Positions 12,671 through 26,510 of a stretch of DNA of 64,000 nucleotides are shown in pieces. Each line of letters starts with the position of its first letter. Within the stretch, counting starts at the first letter, position 1. The stretch is from contig CM052816.1 of assembly GCA_028534125.1 (NCBI GenBank), positions 32,118,001-32,182,000 on the forward strand, given 5' to 3'. The translations under genes and the position numbers were made by a program. The notes below the pieces were generated by a model. That model worked only from the letters and a program-made list of their open reading frames with translations. It was not told where the DNA came from and made no database searches. This DNA comes from Lama glama. Lineage: Eukaryota.

Positions 12671-13499
12671 AAAATGTACTAAAAGACTGCATCCTGAAAC
12701 CAGAAAATTACAAGGTCCTCCGGGGTCCTCTGGTTCATTTTCCTCTTTCTTTAAAAGAGCATATAATGCTCTCTGAGACAAATAGATGTCTCTCTCATAA
12801 GGCCTTCCAAAAAAGGAGATAACAGTTGTTCTATATGGTGAGAGGCTAAAATTCTCTGGTTATGATTAAACCAATTGCATCCTGAATCCTTAGAACTGAG
12901 TAGTGTTTCTCAAAATTTCTTATAGGAAAAGTATCCTGAATAAAATTAACAGATATTCTACCAAAAAAAGGAGGGGAGAGGTAGAGACTTAAAACATACA
13001 TATAGCATATTAAAGACTTTGGAGAAGTCTTTCTGGAAAGAAATTGGTTTAACTCAGAATTTCCCAAATTTAGGTATTTACCTATGGGAATTTCTTGGGA
13101 TGTAAATGTTCTTCAGGATACAGAGAAACCTAAGTGTGGATGAGAAAGAGCTCATCACGATACACTGAATGAATGCATTAGCATGAATGATTAAAATAAT
13201 CCAACACCATACTCAAAATACCATAGCCATCCTACAGAGATACAGTCACATTCATTATCTGAGTAATTCAAAGTGTCTAAGTTTAGACTTAGATTTCAAG
13301 TCAGAAATGGTACAAGTCAAGGATCACCAACATGCAATGTGCAAAATAGGACTCATGAACATTTACTCAAAAAAATTAGCACTTTTCTCCAAAAATCCAA
13401 ACTTTCAGAATAGTTTTTTCTTTCCCGTTAAACAATAAAAATTTTGCTCCCTTCTTTTAAAATTTTTATTTTAATATTTCAGGGGAAGTTTTTCCTCTC

Positions 13500-15470
13500 A
13501 AATATTTGGTACAGGGAAAAAGCTTCTTACAAGGATGGCTAAATACTGGTATCTGGTATATAAGACCCCAAATTAGCATGCCAATGCCAGCTAAAAGGTC
13601 AAACAATGATACAGCCAATACTGCCAAGGAAGCCAAGTTCTGTTGGCTGGCAGTGTCAGTTTCTGGAATCTATCCTGCTGTTAAGCCCCAAAGCCCAACA
13701 CTCCTGAGTGAGTAGGAAGATCCCTCACAGCAGCTGATGAGGACATGCTCTAACCAGACAAGGTCCCATGAGGTAAACTGCTCTCCCCTGGGGCTGGGCC
13801 AAATCTGACCTGCCCAGTATACCTCTGACTTCTCCTTGGTATTATAACTTTGAAGGAATTTCTTTGCTTTTTGAAATCAAACCACCAACCTTTAAGACTC
13901 AGCAGAAACAAGACCTATAGAAATGACTATATGCAAGCAGGTATGTGAGAAGCCCCACTTTCCCCTGCTGCCCCATGGCTCCCCACCTGTGATTCCTGTT
14001 GTTGCTACCATGCTCACCACCCAGGGAGACCACCTTTTTAACTCTGGTTCAAGGGACAACATGAATGCTTTTCCTTAGTTCTCTTAATACAAATATGTTG
14101 TCATTTAGGAAAGCACTGGGTATCTAAAAAGGGGCCCCCAAAGAAAAGAAATGGAGTAATTACAGAGCAATCTTTGGGTGATCCAGTTTCAAAAGGGTGG
14201 GATTCTGGTGCTACAACAACTACACTGCAGTCCTAATGGCTGGTAAATCTGTTTGGACATTTTCCTGGTGTCTTATTTTAGTTAACCCATTAACTGGTTA
14301 ACTCATTTCCTATAATCCTTTATTGAGAGAGACAGAGAGTATTAACCCTCTGGGTCAAGGATGAATGCCTACGTTCTTTCTCACCCACACTCATCACCCC
14401 CAATAGTCCAAGTTCCCTTTTTTCTTTGATATGAGAGATTCCTCATTCACAGATTTCCTAGCTTCCCATGTCCAATTGGTCAGTGAATCCATGAAGGGCA
14501 ATGCTCAGTCCCAGTACTTCTAAGAGCTCAAGGGCACCTGCATCATCTTTTCTTGCCTTGCTTGGGGGAAAGATGGACATCACACGGTAGATTGCATTCC
14601 TAAAGAGAACTCCTAGCTACTAATCTAGAAGCTAGGGAGAACTTAGACAGTCTCAGAAACCAGAGAGGGTCCAGTGAGGGGAGCCACAGAGAACCTGAAA
14701 AGGTCTAGTCTTCCTGAGCCGGTTTTCCCACTGGAGCCAGACAAGACCAGCTCGGGGAATTCTACACGACTCTCAGGAGAAGGAGGCTGCGGCTGCAGTT
14801 CCAGGATGGGACCCAGTCCATGCTGCCCACTGCATTAAGCAATGAGTGGCTCAGTAACTGTTACCTGAGGCCCATCAGAGGTTTAGGCCAGAAGTTGCCA
14901 ACATAGGTGGCTGAGCAATGTGGAGACAAGGACAGAGAACCTCCTGGGGGAACAAGCAGCAACCCCCAGATGAGGGAGGCAGTAAGTTCAACCAGACTTA
15001 CCTACATAACTTTGGAGAGGCTGGAGAGTATACCACCCACGTGGCCAGATGTTGCTTGGCCTGTGGGAGTTCCTGTCCTTGAGCAACACACGTTCACGAT
15101 GGAGACCCAAGTCATGGTCAGGTGGGTGGGCAGGAGGAGCAGGAGAAGGCTGCCTGGAAAAGAAAGAGCACTTCTGTAGAATTTTTTTTTGTAGTTTTAG
15201 TAGTTTTTCTAAACAAGAAATGTGGCTGTACAGTATTTCTGAAAACTGACTGGCTATTTCCCCCAATATTTCCCCCACCTTCTCCTTCCCTCCTTTGCAT
15301 TCAGAGCAGCCAGACTGTGCTCAGAACTGCATGGGAGGGAAGTGACAGCAGCAAGCTGAGATAAAAAGAGCTATTCCAGCCAGTCCCAAACACAGAAAGA
15401 GAGTTGCTATTTACTGAGTATAGGAAATAGGGCCGTAGACAATATCCCAGAGATCTCCATACCCCGGCAC
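13500..15470. mobile_element. Probable ancient LTR-retroelement sequence (Gypsy/ERVL-like), family uncertain
   Basis: Relatively GC-rich block unlike MIR, L2 or L1; minus-strand AATAAA near 14320 in an LTR-like context; no credible ORF. Confidence 0.3.
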
Positions 15471-15960
15471 AGCTGGGACATAGCAGACAACACCAATGGG
15501 CTTGGAGGGCCAGGAGCAGAGGAACAAGGGCATCTCAACCTTGACACACAGAGACCAAGGACTGCAGCTCAGAGGGGAAGAAGGACATTCCCAGCAGGGA
15601 ATGATGCTGCCAGAAGAAGGGCATGCTTACCCCCTTCCACGTCATAGTACTTAGTACACACATATTTTGAAATGTAGGTGTAAACCCTGGGAGATATGCA
15701 AATGAGGGCAACTTACTCAAGAATAAGTTTCTGGCACCTCAGTGGAAGAAAATGAAAGTTAATTTAAATATGGAGGGAAAATAAGGTTATACCTGGTTTG
15801 AGGTGAGATTATTCCTGCAACAATTACTTTAAAAATGTAGACTATAATTACAATGTCCACCCCTTTTTCAAAAATGTAAAACGTGAACCTTAGAATGAAG
15901 GAACACAATTCCTTTGCTAATATTTTAATAGTGTGTTCTAGGCACATGGGCAGAGGAGGC

Positions 15961-16403
15961 TGCATTAGCTTCCCAGGGCTGCCATAACAAAGGACCACAA
16001 ACTGGGTACCAACAGAAACTTATTCTCTGACAGTTTGGAGGCCAGATAGCAGAAATCAAGGGATAAGCAGGGCCATGCTCTCTCGGACGCCCTAGGAGCG
16101 AATCCTTCCTTCCTCTTTCCAGCTTCTGGTGGTTGCCGGCAGTCCTTGGCATCTCGTGGCTGATAAATACATCTCCAGCCTCTGCCTTCATCATTGCCTT
16201 CCATGGCGCTCTCCTCCATGTCTGTCTCTGTCTCTGGACCTCTTCTCCTCTTCTCATAAGGATACCAGTCATACTGGATTGAGAGGTATGACCATCTTAA
16301 CATACTACATCTGCAATGACCCTATTTCCAAATAAGGTCACATTCTCAGGTTTTGGGAATGTCATGAATTTGGGGTGAAGGAGGCACTACTCAACCCAGT
16401 ACA
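15961..16403 (-). mobile_element. MLT1C-like MaLR solo LTR
   Basis: tgcattagcttcccagggctgccataacaaa...atctgcaatgaccctatttccaaataaggtcacattct...actcaacccagtaca. Confidence 0.9.
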
Positions 16404-17519
16404 GAATCCACTGCCACTCTGCCCTCACCGAATGACCCCAAAGCATGGCTAAATTCCCGATTCCCTACAGAGAGAGCAGAGACCAAGTGGCAACCTTTAA
16501 TAATTTTTTACTAAAGGTTCATAGAAGAGTAACTGAAATACAACAAAGAAAATTAATTACAGCCTTACTAGCTATGGCTACTTTCAGCAGCTCCAGGCCC
16601 ATGTGGATATCTTCCTGACTAATCAAAGAGCTGCTTCTATGGACAGGAACCGACTTATTTCTGCTGATGGGAGTATTCTTCCCTCGTTGTCCTTGGCAAC
16701 GGGACTTACCTGAGTCCCCAGAGGACTGTTTCTCCTTCCCTATGGCCCAGGGTCTACCTCCCTGTCTTCATTTCCTGCCCTGGGATCATTTTCTTTACAA
16801 GATAACTAGCCAGAGGAATGCCTAGTCCCTTCAGAAGAATAGTACCTCATGTTCAGAGGAGAGCAGTCTTACCTAATAAATAAATAAGGGTCTTACTACC
16901 ACATAATTAGAGCAGAGCTTAGAAATTAAACTTCAGTACCATTTTGAGGTTTTCAGTTTTAAATGACACCAAAAGTCAAGAAAGGACTTTACTAACTTAC
17001 CAGATAAATGTAACCTCCAGGAGTCCAGGAGCCACACTGTCTTTCTCACTGGAGTAACTCCCACAGTAGCAGAGTCCTACATGTACTAAGTGTTTGACCA
17101 CGATTCACTGAATGGATGAATCAGAATTGAATTGTTCAAGTCTTTCAAAAGTTTTTTATGATCTCTTCCGCAGCATAAGGTAAAGATCATTCCTACTCCC
17201 CTTTTCAAACACTAATTTCCTATACAAAGCTCTTAACACTTACGTCCTCTCACCCTTGAGATCATACATGACCCAGAGAACAAGCATCAGCTTAAGGTAC
17301 AATTATCTAACTGTATACAAAGAAAAGGAGTACCCCCTCTCAAAAAAAGCAACAAACATTTAAGAGACACAGCTCCGGTTAAAGACAAAGCAACCATTTA
17401 AACTATAAAACAGAGCCCTTGGGTAACTGAAGGACTCATCTCTATTTGCCAAAGAAATAATCTGCTCCCAGGTCTCCAGCTCTACCTAGAAGTATTTACA
17501 GGGTACCTTTCTTGCTTCT

Positions 17520-17900
17520 CTACTTCCCATTCTTGTGCCCCATCTCCCCCTCCTCTTGTCTCACCTCTGGGTGGTGCCAGCCTCTCACCACTCTCAGAGT
17601 CAGGGGCCCAAGAGTCCAGGGTGCTGATTTCACCTCGTCATCAATTTCAGACTTAACTTGGTCAAGGCTGACCTCTGACTTTCGACCTTTCAACTTCTTC
17701 ATCTTCCCTTTGGAAATGCTCCTTGTGCTGACTTCTGCACTCGTTTCTGGCCGCTGTCTTGCGCTTGTGATCCAGTCTCCATGTCTATCTTCTCCTCTAC
17801 CCTTTGACTCTTTTCTGGCTCAGCTTTCCCATGAGGTTTCCCTGGCCCCATGTCCATCCAGCTCTTCCGGGATTATCAGTGACCCTGGCTTTAGCCTCTG
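17520..17900 (+). mobile_element. Degraded L2-like LINE fragment
   Basis: Pyrimidine-rich; tcagacttaacttggtcaaggctgacctc and cttccctttggaaatgctcctt resemble L2 3'-region motifs. Confidence 0.4.
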
Positions 17901-18304
17901 AGTTCTCATAGTAACACTCCTCCCTGGCCACCCTCCTCCAGGGCACTGGACTTCTGCCCCCTATTACACACCTCATGGGCTCTCTGCTCCCTTGCCCACG
18001 CTCCTTGTCTGTGACACAACGACCTTCACAAACTGACTCTTACACTCCTCTCCCAGTTCCCCTATTGCTCTGCAAGAGGGTTACTGGATGATTCACCAGA
18101 TTACTGAATACTATTGGATAGACATTTTATAAACCAAATATACACAAATCTATACTGTATGAAGTTGCTGTCAATAACTGCATCCTACTTTTATTTTATT
18201 TCATAATTGAACTTTTTAGTTTAATTTTTAAAATTAATCTTAGCATCTAGAGAAATGAACTTTGAACTTAAAAAATTGTAAAATTCACTTCCTCCTTGAG
18301 AAAG

Positions 18305-18565
18305 AACAGTATAATGTAATAGTTAAGAATGTGGGCTCTGTAAGCACATGACCTTCATTGGGTTTTAAATATGATACTATTTGTATGACTTCTAGAGCAA
18401 GTTACGTTAACCTATGCCTCGTTTTTCTTACCTACAAATTAGGGATGATATGATTTCTGACCTCAAATGTCTACGGTAAGTTTTAATATGACTTCATATG
18501 TGTAAAGCACTTGAAGCAGAACTCAGGGCATAAAAAGTCTTCTGTGAATACCAGCTACCATTGTC
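18305..18565 (+). mobile_element. MIR SINE, near full length
   Basis: acagtataatgtaatagttaagaatgtgggctctg...gcaagttacgttaacctatgcctc...tgtaaagcacttgaagcag. Confidence 0.8.
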
Positions 18566-19158
18566 ACTGTTCCTGATTGGAGCCTCAGTCCACCACAGTC
18601 ATCAGTTCAGAGGTCATCCATGAACTCTAACAATACTCTCAGGACTTTCTGGCAAAGCAATAAAGACAGATGATAAAAGTCTCTATTAAAAAAATAGTTT
18701 CTTTACTGGGAAAAAAAGAGTGTAACCCTGTTGTCATGCCTTACAGCAGCTGAAAAAGCAGCCCCGATCAGTTCATCTCTGGAGAGACTCCAATCTTACT
18801 ACCTTACTCCTTTTTTTTGGTCAGTAGTAGCTAGAAACTACCCTCTATTGTTCTTGGTCTTCCTTCCTTTTCTCACCCTCTCCTCATAACTACTTTTATT
18901 CCTGGCAAATTGTCCAAGGATCCTCACATCCTCCAGCATGCAATACTACCTACCAAACAAGCCACATTCCTTACCAAGACTGAAGACTTCTCCTGGTAAA
19001 CACTGAAGCATTAGATAGGCTAAAAGGGAAGAGATTCTGGCCCTGTCCCCTTTGGACAGATGGGTAGGAAAAATATTCCAGAGACACGAACATCATACTA
19101 GAGTACCAATTTCCTTTCAAAGATATTTTAGAGCAATCAGCATTTTCCCCAGATGATA

Positions 19159-19749
19159 CAGTGGATCCTCATTATTTGTGAATTCCACATTTCTGAATTT
19201 GCCTACTTGCTAAAATTTATTTGTAACCCTAAAACCATGCTTGCAGCATTTTTTATGTCATTAGTGGGCATGCACAGAACAGAAAACTTGAGTTGACCCA
19301 TGTGCAAGTTCCCAACTAAGGTCAAACAAGGAAATGGTCTGTCTTTTTGTTTCAACTTTCACACTATAAACAAGTATCCTTTTCACAGTCTATTTAGCAC
19401 TTTTTTTTGCATTTTTGTGCATTTTTTGGTGATGTTCCTGTTTAAAATGGCCCCCAACAGTAGTGCTGAAGTGCTGTCTAGTGTTCCTGAGTGTAAGAGG
19501 GCCTTAGGGAGAAAATACATGTTACATAGGCTTCCTTCAGGCATGAGTTATAGTGTTCCTGGCCATGAGTTCAAAGTTACTGAATCAACAATACATATAA
19601 AACAAGGTTATGTATTGATCTGCTGTGACCAGATGTTTGCAGACACTTAACCCTGTATTTCCCCCAGGGGCAATGGTTCAGTAGTCACTAATTCAGTGTT
19701 TGTAGCAACTTTATAGAACATAACTGCAACAAATAATGAGAATCAATTG
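19159..19749. mobile_element. TcMar-Tigger non-autonomous DNA transposon (MER82-like)
   Basis: Terminal inverted repeats cagtggatcctcattatttg / caaataatgagaatcaattg, flanked by TA on both sides. Confidence 0.85.
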
Positions 19750-20189
19750 TATATCCAAATCTGAATTAATTCTTTCCAAGAAGAATTCTCATTGCTAGCC
19801 ACTCTCCAAGCACAGAGCAATAGGTTGTCAGAACAAAACTACTCCTCCAAGGTAAATTTACTTGTTACATAAATTGAAAAACTGAATTGAGGTATCTGGG
19901 TTTTTGTGATAAAGATGTCTAATCTACCTCATGTGAAAAAGGACTCAGAGATAGCAAAAACAAAATGCAGTGGTCAGGGCAAGAATAAAAGACAAAACAA
20001 AAATCATCACTGAAGTACAATTTCCTCCCTTTTCCATCTACTGAGTCAAATGTCACCCCTCTACCCTCTTACCTTCCAGAGAGTTGCCCTCCTCTCTCTG
20101 CCACCACAAGCTGTAGCCGGCAAGAGGCTGTACTGATGAGGGGATCAGAGTGTCATTTTTCTCTCTCCCTAAGTTCCAGGCCCATAGGA

Positions 20190-20920
20190 AAATAACTCAG
20201 TATTCACATATCTCCCAACTTACAGAAGCCTGAGAGGAGAGGGCAAAAATAGGCACGGTTTTCTCCACCACCCACCACCACCTCCTCCATCCCAGCAGGG
20301 GAGGAGTGGGGTCAGAGTTACAGGGATGGGCCCTGGTTCTGAGATGGAGGGGAGAGACAGGAGACCTAGTGCAAAGAGTACCCAAGATTCCCTGCTCACT
20401 TCTGACACCTAATGCAAGGCTGGAGCCTCTCAAGCCCACGTCTGGCACCAACTGCAAGTTTGAGTTTCCCCAAGACCACCCTCAAGTTCAATAATTAACT
20501 AAATTAAAAAACATCAAAGATAAGAGGCACATAGGGTTGAGTCAAGAATGTTTCAGGTATGAATTTCCAGTGGTCCTTTCCCAGTGGAATCATGCAAGAA
20601 GTGCCTATCTCTCCTAGCAATGATGTGTGACAATGCACAGAGTGCAGAGTATTGCCAACCAGAGAAGCTCACCCTAGCCTTGGCCACCAGAGTTTTTACT
20701 GGGGCTCAGTCATGCAGCTGTGGTAGACAACCATATGTGTGAACTAGGGCCTCCAACATAAATCGCTGTTACTACAGATTATCTGTCATGATCCAAGGCC
20801 CTCAGGTGAACAAAGATACTTTTATCAGGAAAGACATTCCCAGGGCTTGAAAATTACTTCCCAGGGATCAAGGGCAAAAGCCAAACCCCTTTTTGGGCAA
20901 GGTGATTCCTTTGTTGCACA
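20190..20920. mobile_element. MER21-like ERVL LTR
   Basis: cacttctgacacc..., cccagtggaatcatgc...gatgtgtgacaatgc...gtattgccaaccagagaagctcaccctagccttgg...caaagatacttttatcagg. Confidence 0.75.
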
Positions 20921-21108
20921 TCTAGTTCAAGATTTCTGCCCATTCTCCTGTGGATGTGGCAATAACAGCTACTTAATCTTTTTTACAAACCTAAGAGCCA
21001 CTATGGTTTGAATGATGTGGAAGAATTCCTGCCTGGTGAGGCAGGGCAGGTGAGATGTAGAAGGAGGTGTGGCATGAATCTCGTAGAACAGGGGGAGAAG
21101 GTGAAATA

Positions 21109-21533
21109 GTATAATTAGTTTACTGTTGGTGCTGTGACAAATTAACACAGGAGGTCAGAAGTCCAAAAACAGTTTCACTGGGCTAAAGTCAAGGTGCTTG
21201 CCAGGCTGGTTCTTTCTGAATGCCCTGAAGGGAGAATCTATTTCCATGCTTTCTTCAGCTCCTAGTGGTCACCTAGAATCTTTGGTTTGTGTCCCTTTCT
21301 TCCAGCTTCAGAGCATGTCACTCCCTTCTCTGTTTCCATCATCATATCACCTTCTCTTTTGACCCTGACTCCTCCTGGATCACTGTTATAAGGACCGTTA
21401 TCCAGGATAAACCTCCACCTCAAGCTTAACTTAATCTCACCTGCCCAGCCCCTTTTGCCAGATAAGGCGACATTCACAGTACCCAAGGTTTTGACATGGA
21501 CATATGGGGGGGGGGCATTATTCAGTCTATCTC
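21109..21533 (-). mobile_element. MLT1D-like MaLR solo LTR
   Basis: ggaggtcagaagtcc...tttcactgggctaaagtcaaggtg...ggacatatggggggggggcattattcagtcta. Confidence 0.85.
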
Positions 21534-22264
21534 AGGTGGGCCGTATGCCTAAAGAGTCATAGGTACCACAAACAAATAACGTATTTTACCTTCATTGTAT
21601 CTCACCCACACTAAGAGATTTGCTATAAAGAGCAAATACTTGCTTCTCAGAAACATCTAGCATAAGTGAAATTTTAAAAATTTCTTTATTAGACAAAAAA
21701 TTATTCTCTAAAGAGACATAGATAAAGGATAAATATTTTGATAACCTGGAATGTTGGCTGGCTTCAAAGAGTAAAAGGACTAGGATAAAATAGAATTAAG
21801 TAGTTCTGCATGAAAAAAGAGCTCATGAAGAAGAATTTAGAAGCTACTTGGGGTGGAGGGGGGCAGGGAGGGATGGCCAGTGGAGAAAACAAAATGACTA
21901 ATGAGAATTTGCCAAGTGGGGTGTGCTGTGCAACTTCTCCCCTGTCTTCCTTGAAATCTTCAGTAAAATCCATAATGTACACTTATATCTTATGAAAGAG
22001 ATCTCTTTTCTGGGTATGGCACAAACTGATTCCTTCAAGGTTGCTGCTGGGAAAAACACAGAATAAGGATAGGATCCCAGCAACCTCTGGGTTACAATGA
22101 ATAAATGGACCTCAAGCTCTCCTTTCCCAAAACAACTGCAAACTGTGAAGGAGGAAATCAATGAAAATCATCAGGGAATTAGAGTCATATTTTCTGATTG
22201 TTTAGTTACCTTGTTATAATCTGAAGTTTAATACCTGGAGTGAGAGCTCAACATTGTACCCTTT

Positions 22265-22645
22265 TGTATTTGTCTGCTAGTGCTGCCGTAACAAAATACC
22301 ACATACTGGGTGGCTTAAACTACAAATTCATTATCCACAGTTCTGGAAGCTAGAAGTCCAAGATCAAGGAGTTGGCAGGATTGGTTTCTTCTGAGATCTC
22401 TCTCCTTTGGCTTGTGGATGACTGTCCTCTCCCTGTGTCTTCACATGGTCTTCCTGCTCTGTGTGTGTCTGTGTCCTAATCTCTTCTTAAAAGACACAAG
22501 TCATATTAGGACCCACCCTAATGACCTTTGCCTTAACTAGCTTTTTAAAGACCCTATCTCCAAGTACAGTCACATAATGAGACACTAGGAGTTAGGACTT
22601 CCACATATGAATGGGGGAAGAGGGGCAGACATAATTTAGCCCACT
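22265..22645 (-). mobile_element. MLT1A/B-like MaLR solo LTR
   Basis: tgtatttgtctgctagtgctgccgtaacaaaataccac...gttctggaagctagaagtccaagatcaagg...gttaggacttccacatatgaat. Confidence 0.9.
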
Positions 22646-23769
22646 TTTACAACTAATAAATGCAAGACTGGTATTAGCATTTTGAGACAGGATATTAGAA
22701 TGGACTTGACTGATAGCTAAAAGCCTTAGTGCTTCTGGTCCAGAGCATGGAATACATGTTTTAAAACCAATTTAAGAGGTTGGTCCAACAGAATAAAAAA
22801 ACAGAATGTAAATCTTTAAATTCTGTTATCCACTACATGGATTCTATCCTATTTACAATTTTGTCTTCTTTCTTGACCATATTTAACTTTTTTATCAATA
22901 TAATAATACACTTATTATTGTTTAATCTGCATTTTAACACTATGTGGGGACTCAGGATTTGATTCTTGGTACATTCAATCCAACATTTTGTAGAATAGCC
23001 AAAAAAATTTTTTTTTGCTGTTAAGAAAGAGTATTCCTCTCAGAGATCAATTCCATAAGGCATGATCTTATCCTCGTAAAAATAACTATATTAATTTAGC
23101 CTCACAAAAGACATTTTTCTCTATTTTCTTATGGTGATCATTTTAGAAAAAACTGTTTGCCAGTATTTAATAGCTATTTGTTAATAAAATTATATCCTGA
23201 TGCTTTACCATAAAATGTTTATTAATATCATTCCATATTTTTATTGAGAATGACACCAAATAACACTAAAATCAAAATGATTCACATTTGCTTCAATTAT
23301 GGGTATTCTGAATTTTCTCATGAGATTTGTATTCCCATCTGATAAATGAGAGTCCTGGTCACATGTGATGGAGTCATTGCTCAGATCCCTGGTGTGGGTT
23401 AAAAACAGTCTCTAAAATAGGCTCTGTTGCTTTTCCTGGTGTCTTGGCCACATTATACTACATCTGCAGCACTGCAGGTGTCTTTTATTCATTGCAAAGC
23501 AGTTCGTGCTATCAAATAACAACAGCAAGTGTGTACTAAGATCAGAAATCAGAGACAGGGTACAAAATAATTGCAAAGAAATATGAAATAATATATAGAT
23601 TGATATTCTTGTTTAAAGACTTCTAAAACACTAATTTAAAAAAACAGCTTTAGATTATGGTACCAAAGAAGCCTTGGAAACAGACTTTTGCACTCCAGAT
23701 CTGGTTAAAAGAGAAAGTGAAAAAGAGAAATATTTTGCTATCATTACTCATATAATTAAAAGGCTATAC

Positions 23770-24000
23770 AGAGAAGATATTAAACTCATGGACTCAGGAG
23801 TCAGAATGCCTGGGGTCAAGTCTTGTGTTCACCCCTCAGTAACAGGAACTGTTAGGCAAGTTACTGGAACTCTGTTTCTCACTTTCCTCAACTGTAAAGT
23901 GTGAATAAGCATAGTGCTTTGTAGGGCTGTGGTGAGACTGAGTCAGTTAAAGCACTAAGAACAACACCTGGCACTAGGCAGCACTCAGTAATGAGGGCTA
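23770..24000 (+). mobile_element. MIR SINE
   Basis: catggactcaggagtcagaatgcctggggtcaag...ctcactttcctcaactgtaaag...aaagcactaagaacaacacctggcac. Confidence 0.75.
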
Positions 24001-24197
24001 AAAGCAGTATCTTCCCTCCTCCTCCTCTCCTTTGATCTCACTCCCATCTCATCACTGCTCTCTCATGTCCTTCTTTTTCCTAACCTTCAGCTTTCTACAC
24101 GGTTTGACAACTGGTTCTTCTTTTGCATCTCTGCTGTGTTCCCTGGTGAATTCGGTAACACACTAATAAGCACCCAGCTACTACTCACTGACTCACT

Positions 24198-24251
24198 AAT
24201 AATAATAATAATAATAACAACAGCAGCAGCAGCAGCAGCAACAACAACAAC
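24198..24251 (+). repeat. Compound trinucleotide microsatellite (AAT)n(AAC)n(AGC)n(AAC)n
   Basis: aataataataataataataacaacagcagcagcagcagcagcaacaacaacaac. Confidence 0.95.
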
Positions 24252-24289
24252 TAACATTTTTGAGCATTTACTATGTTCCAGTTATGCAT

Positions 24290-24660
24290 CCTTTTGTGAA
24301 ACACACCTTAGTCCCCTAAAGCATTTTTCTCCCTTAACTGCCGTGGGAACATACTGTCCTGATGCTCCTTGCTTCCTCTGCCTTTCTCTTAAATGCTAGA
24401 TGTCCTTGGCATTCTTCCCTGGTCCCTTCTCCCTCGTATGGGAGATATGCTTAGTACTCTCAAAGCCTTATCTCCAGCCTGAACTTCTCCCCAGAGATCT
24501 AGAACCTTATAGATGTGTGCTGAACATCTCCATTTGGATGTTCTGCAGTACCATAAAGCCAGCACAGGCAATCTGAATTCATCTTCATGCCAAACCTTCT
24601 CCTTTCTTGCATTCCTTTCTGAAGAAAGAGCATCATCATCCCCAGCCCACCCTAAGATGA
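24290..24660 (+). mobile_element. L2 LINE fragment
   Basis: tatctccagcctgaacttctccccagag...catctccatttggatgttc...aatctgaattcatcttc. Confidence 0.75.
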
Positions 24661-26044
24661 CACATGTTAAATGCTGAGTTGAAAAAGTACACAGCATGGA
24701 AATGGACTCTGCCCTCATGGGAACTCAGAATCTAACTGGAGGGTACATCAGGAGAGACAAGTTAATGGGCCAGCCTTAATTTTCTGTCTTTTTTACTATC
24801 ATTGCTAATGTAACTAAGTGCGTTCTTTTCTTGGGATTTTTTCATTAGATCTTTGTAAAACTGACTAACTCAGTCATATTTTGCTACACATATTTTTGTA
24901 TTCAGTAACTTGTTTTTTGCATTCAGAAATTTATTATTTTTAAATGACCAAATCCAATGAGATTTTCTTCTATGAATTTTTCTACCAGTTCTAAGTTCAT
25001 AAATGTTTTCTCTATTAAGAGATCGATGAATATTTAGTTTTGTCTCTCAGTTTTTGTATTTGTTCATGTTTCATTCTATTCTACTTAGAATTTATTTTGA
25101 TGAGATATCAGTGAAATCTAGTTTATGAGTATTTCCAAGTCTTCTTAATAAGTTGGATGAGATAATCTTAGCACTCTCTTTCATTCCTGAAATATTTGAA
25201 ACTACCAATTTTTTTTGTCTTGAAATTTGAATCTTTCCTGGTTTATCAATAGAACTTCTAGATTTGTTGCTACCTCTTGAACTTTGACCTCTCTCTCCTA
25301 TTTCTCATTCCTCCTTCTCTTTTCTCCTTCTAATTATAATTGTTCCCACAGCAAAAGTGTTGGACATGTGTCTTTATCTTGATTGCTTTCCTTGATTCAG
25401 TTCTGGCCCACGACATCAGAGATACTTTGATGAGGATGACTTCCTACTCAGAGTCAGCAAGAATAAAACTCAACATACAGTCTCCTGCAGCTTTCAACTG
25501 GCTCACTCCCCCATTTCTCAAATCAAAATAAACCTCTGTTCCATCAAAATCCCAGTGATATATACTCAAAACCTCAGAATCATCTTCAACTCTCCTTTAT
25601 CCCTTTTATTTGATTAGTTAACAATTTCTACTCAAGCAGCTGTTAAATTTTTTTTTATTATTTGTATCTCTCCCCACATCTCTATTCTAATAGATTAACA
25701 CTCAAAGGCAACAACTCTTCCTTGTAAGTTTGGACACCATCCTAAGTTCTCTTCATTCTTCAAGGTCTACTATACACTTCTACCAGAGTAATCATTCTAA
25801 TGTAAAACTATCATTCTGTTTCCAAAATTTAAAAATCTTTAGGGTATAAGTGATAAAGTCCCACATTGTTATACAAGTTTTCAAGTCCCTGTATGATCTG
25901 ATTGTATTTGCCTTAGTTCCTTATTAAAGACTTTTAAACTACAGAGAAAAGGAAGAGAAGAAAGGACAAAGAAGAAAAGAAAGGACAATGAAAAAGGAAA
26001 GAAGAAATGGAAGAGAGGAAGATGAAAAAAAATTTTAAGAGGAG

Positions 26045-26510
26045 TATTTTTGTTGGAAATGACAGACACCAATCTCAAAATGAATTAACCACAGAAATAA
26101 AATTGCTGACACATATAACTAGGAATGTAAGAGTTGAATCTGGCTCTGGGATAGTTGGATTCAGGATTTTACATGATATCATTAGGACACTGTGTTTCTC
26201 TCTATTGCACAGCCCTGTTTTCCTCAGCATCTGCTTTATTCTATGTCATGGTCTCTATAAAAAGATGGAAATGATCTAAACCAGCTTAGCCAGCTTATTT
26301 AGATAGCACCAGCTACTTTCTATCATTAACTCTGATTGGCTCACCCTGGGTCTTGTGCCCAATTCTGAAGCAATTGTTGTGACCAAAGACAAGTGGTATA
26401 CTCTTTAGGCAGATCTGGGGTACATCCTCATCCTAGAGCTAGGTAGTGTGAGCCCGAGCCCCAACAAACCAAACAGATGAGACTGGGAGAGAGTAGACTC
26501 TCCAAAGAGA
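26045..26510 (-). mobile_element. Old MLT1 MaLR LTR
   Basis: ttttgttggaaatgacagacacc...actctgattggctcaccctgggtcttgtgcccaattctgaagcaattgttgtgacca. Confidence 0.65.

Noticed and set aside
14280..14303. 8-bp inverted repeat agttaacc/ggttaact
   Set aside because: Too short to be significant in 64 kb.
16705..16830. Perfect minus-strand donor CAG|GTAAGT at ~16710 (similar at ~54318)
   Set aside because: Only a weak acceptor; the frame I translated hits a stop; isolated donors are expected by chance. A lncRNA exon cannot be excluded.
17512..17901. Overlapping 129-aa (+) and charged 60-aa (-) ORFs
   Set aside because: Explained by purine/pyrimidine strand bias of a probable L2 relic.
24136..24399. 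ORF with poly-Ile/Ala/Thr runs
   Set aside because: It is simply the translation of the compound microsatellite.
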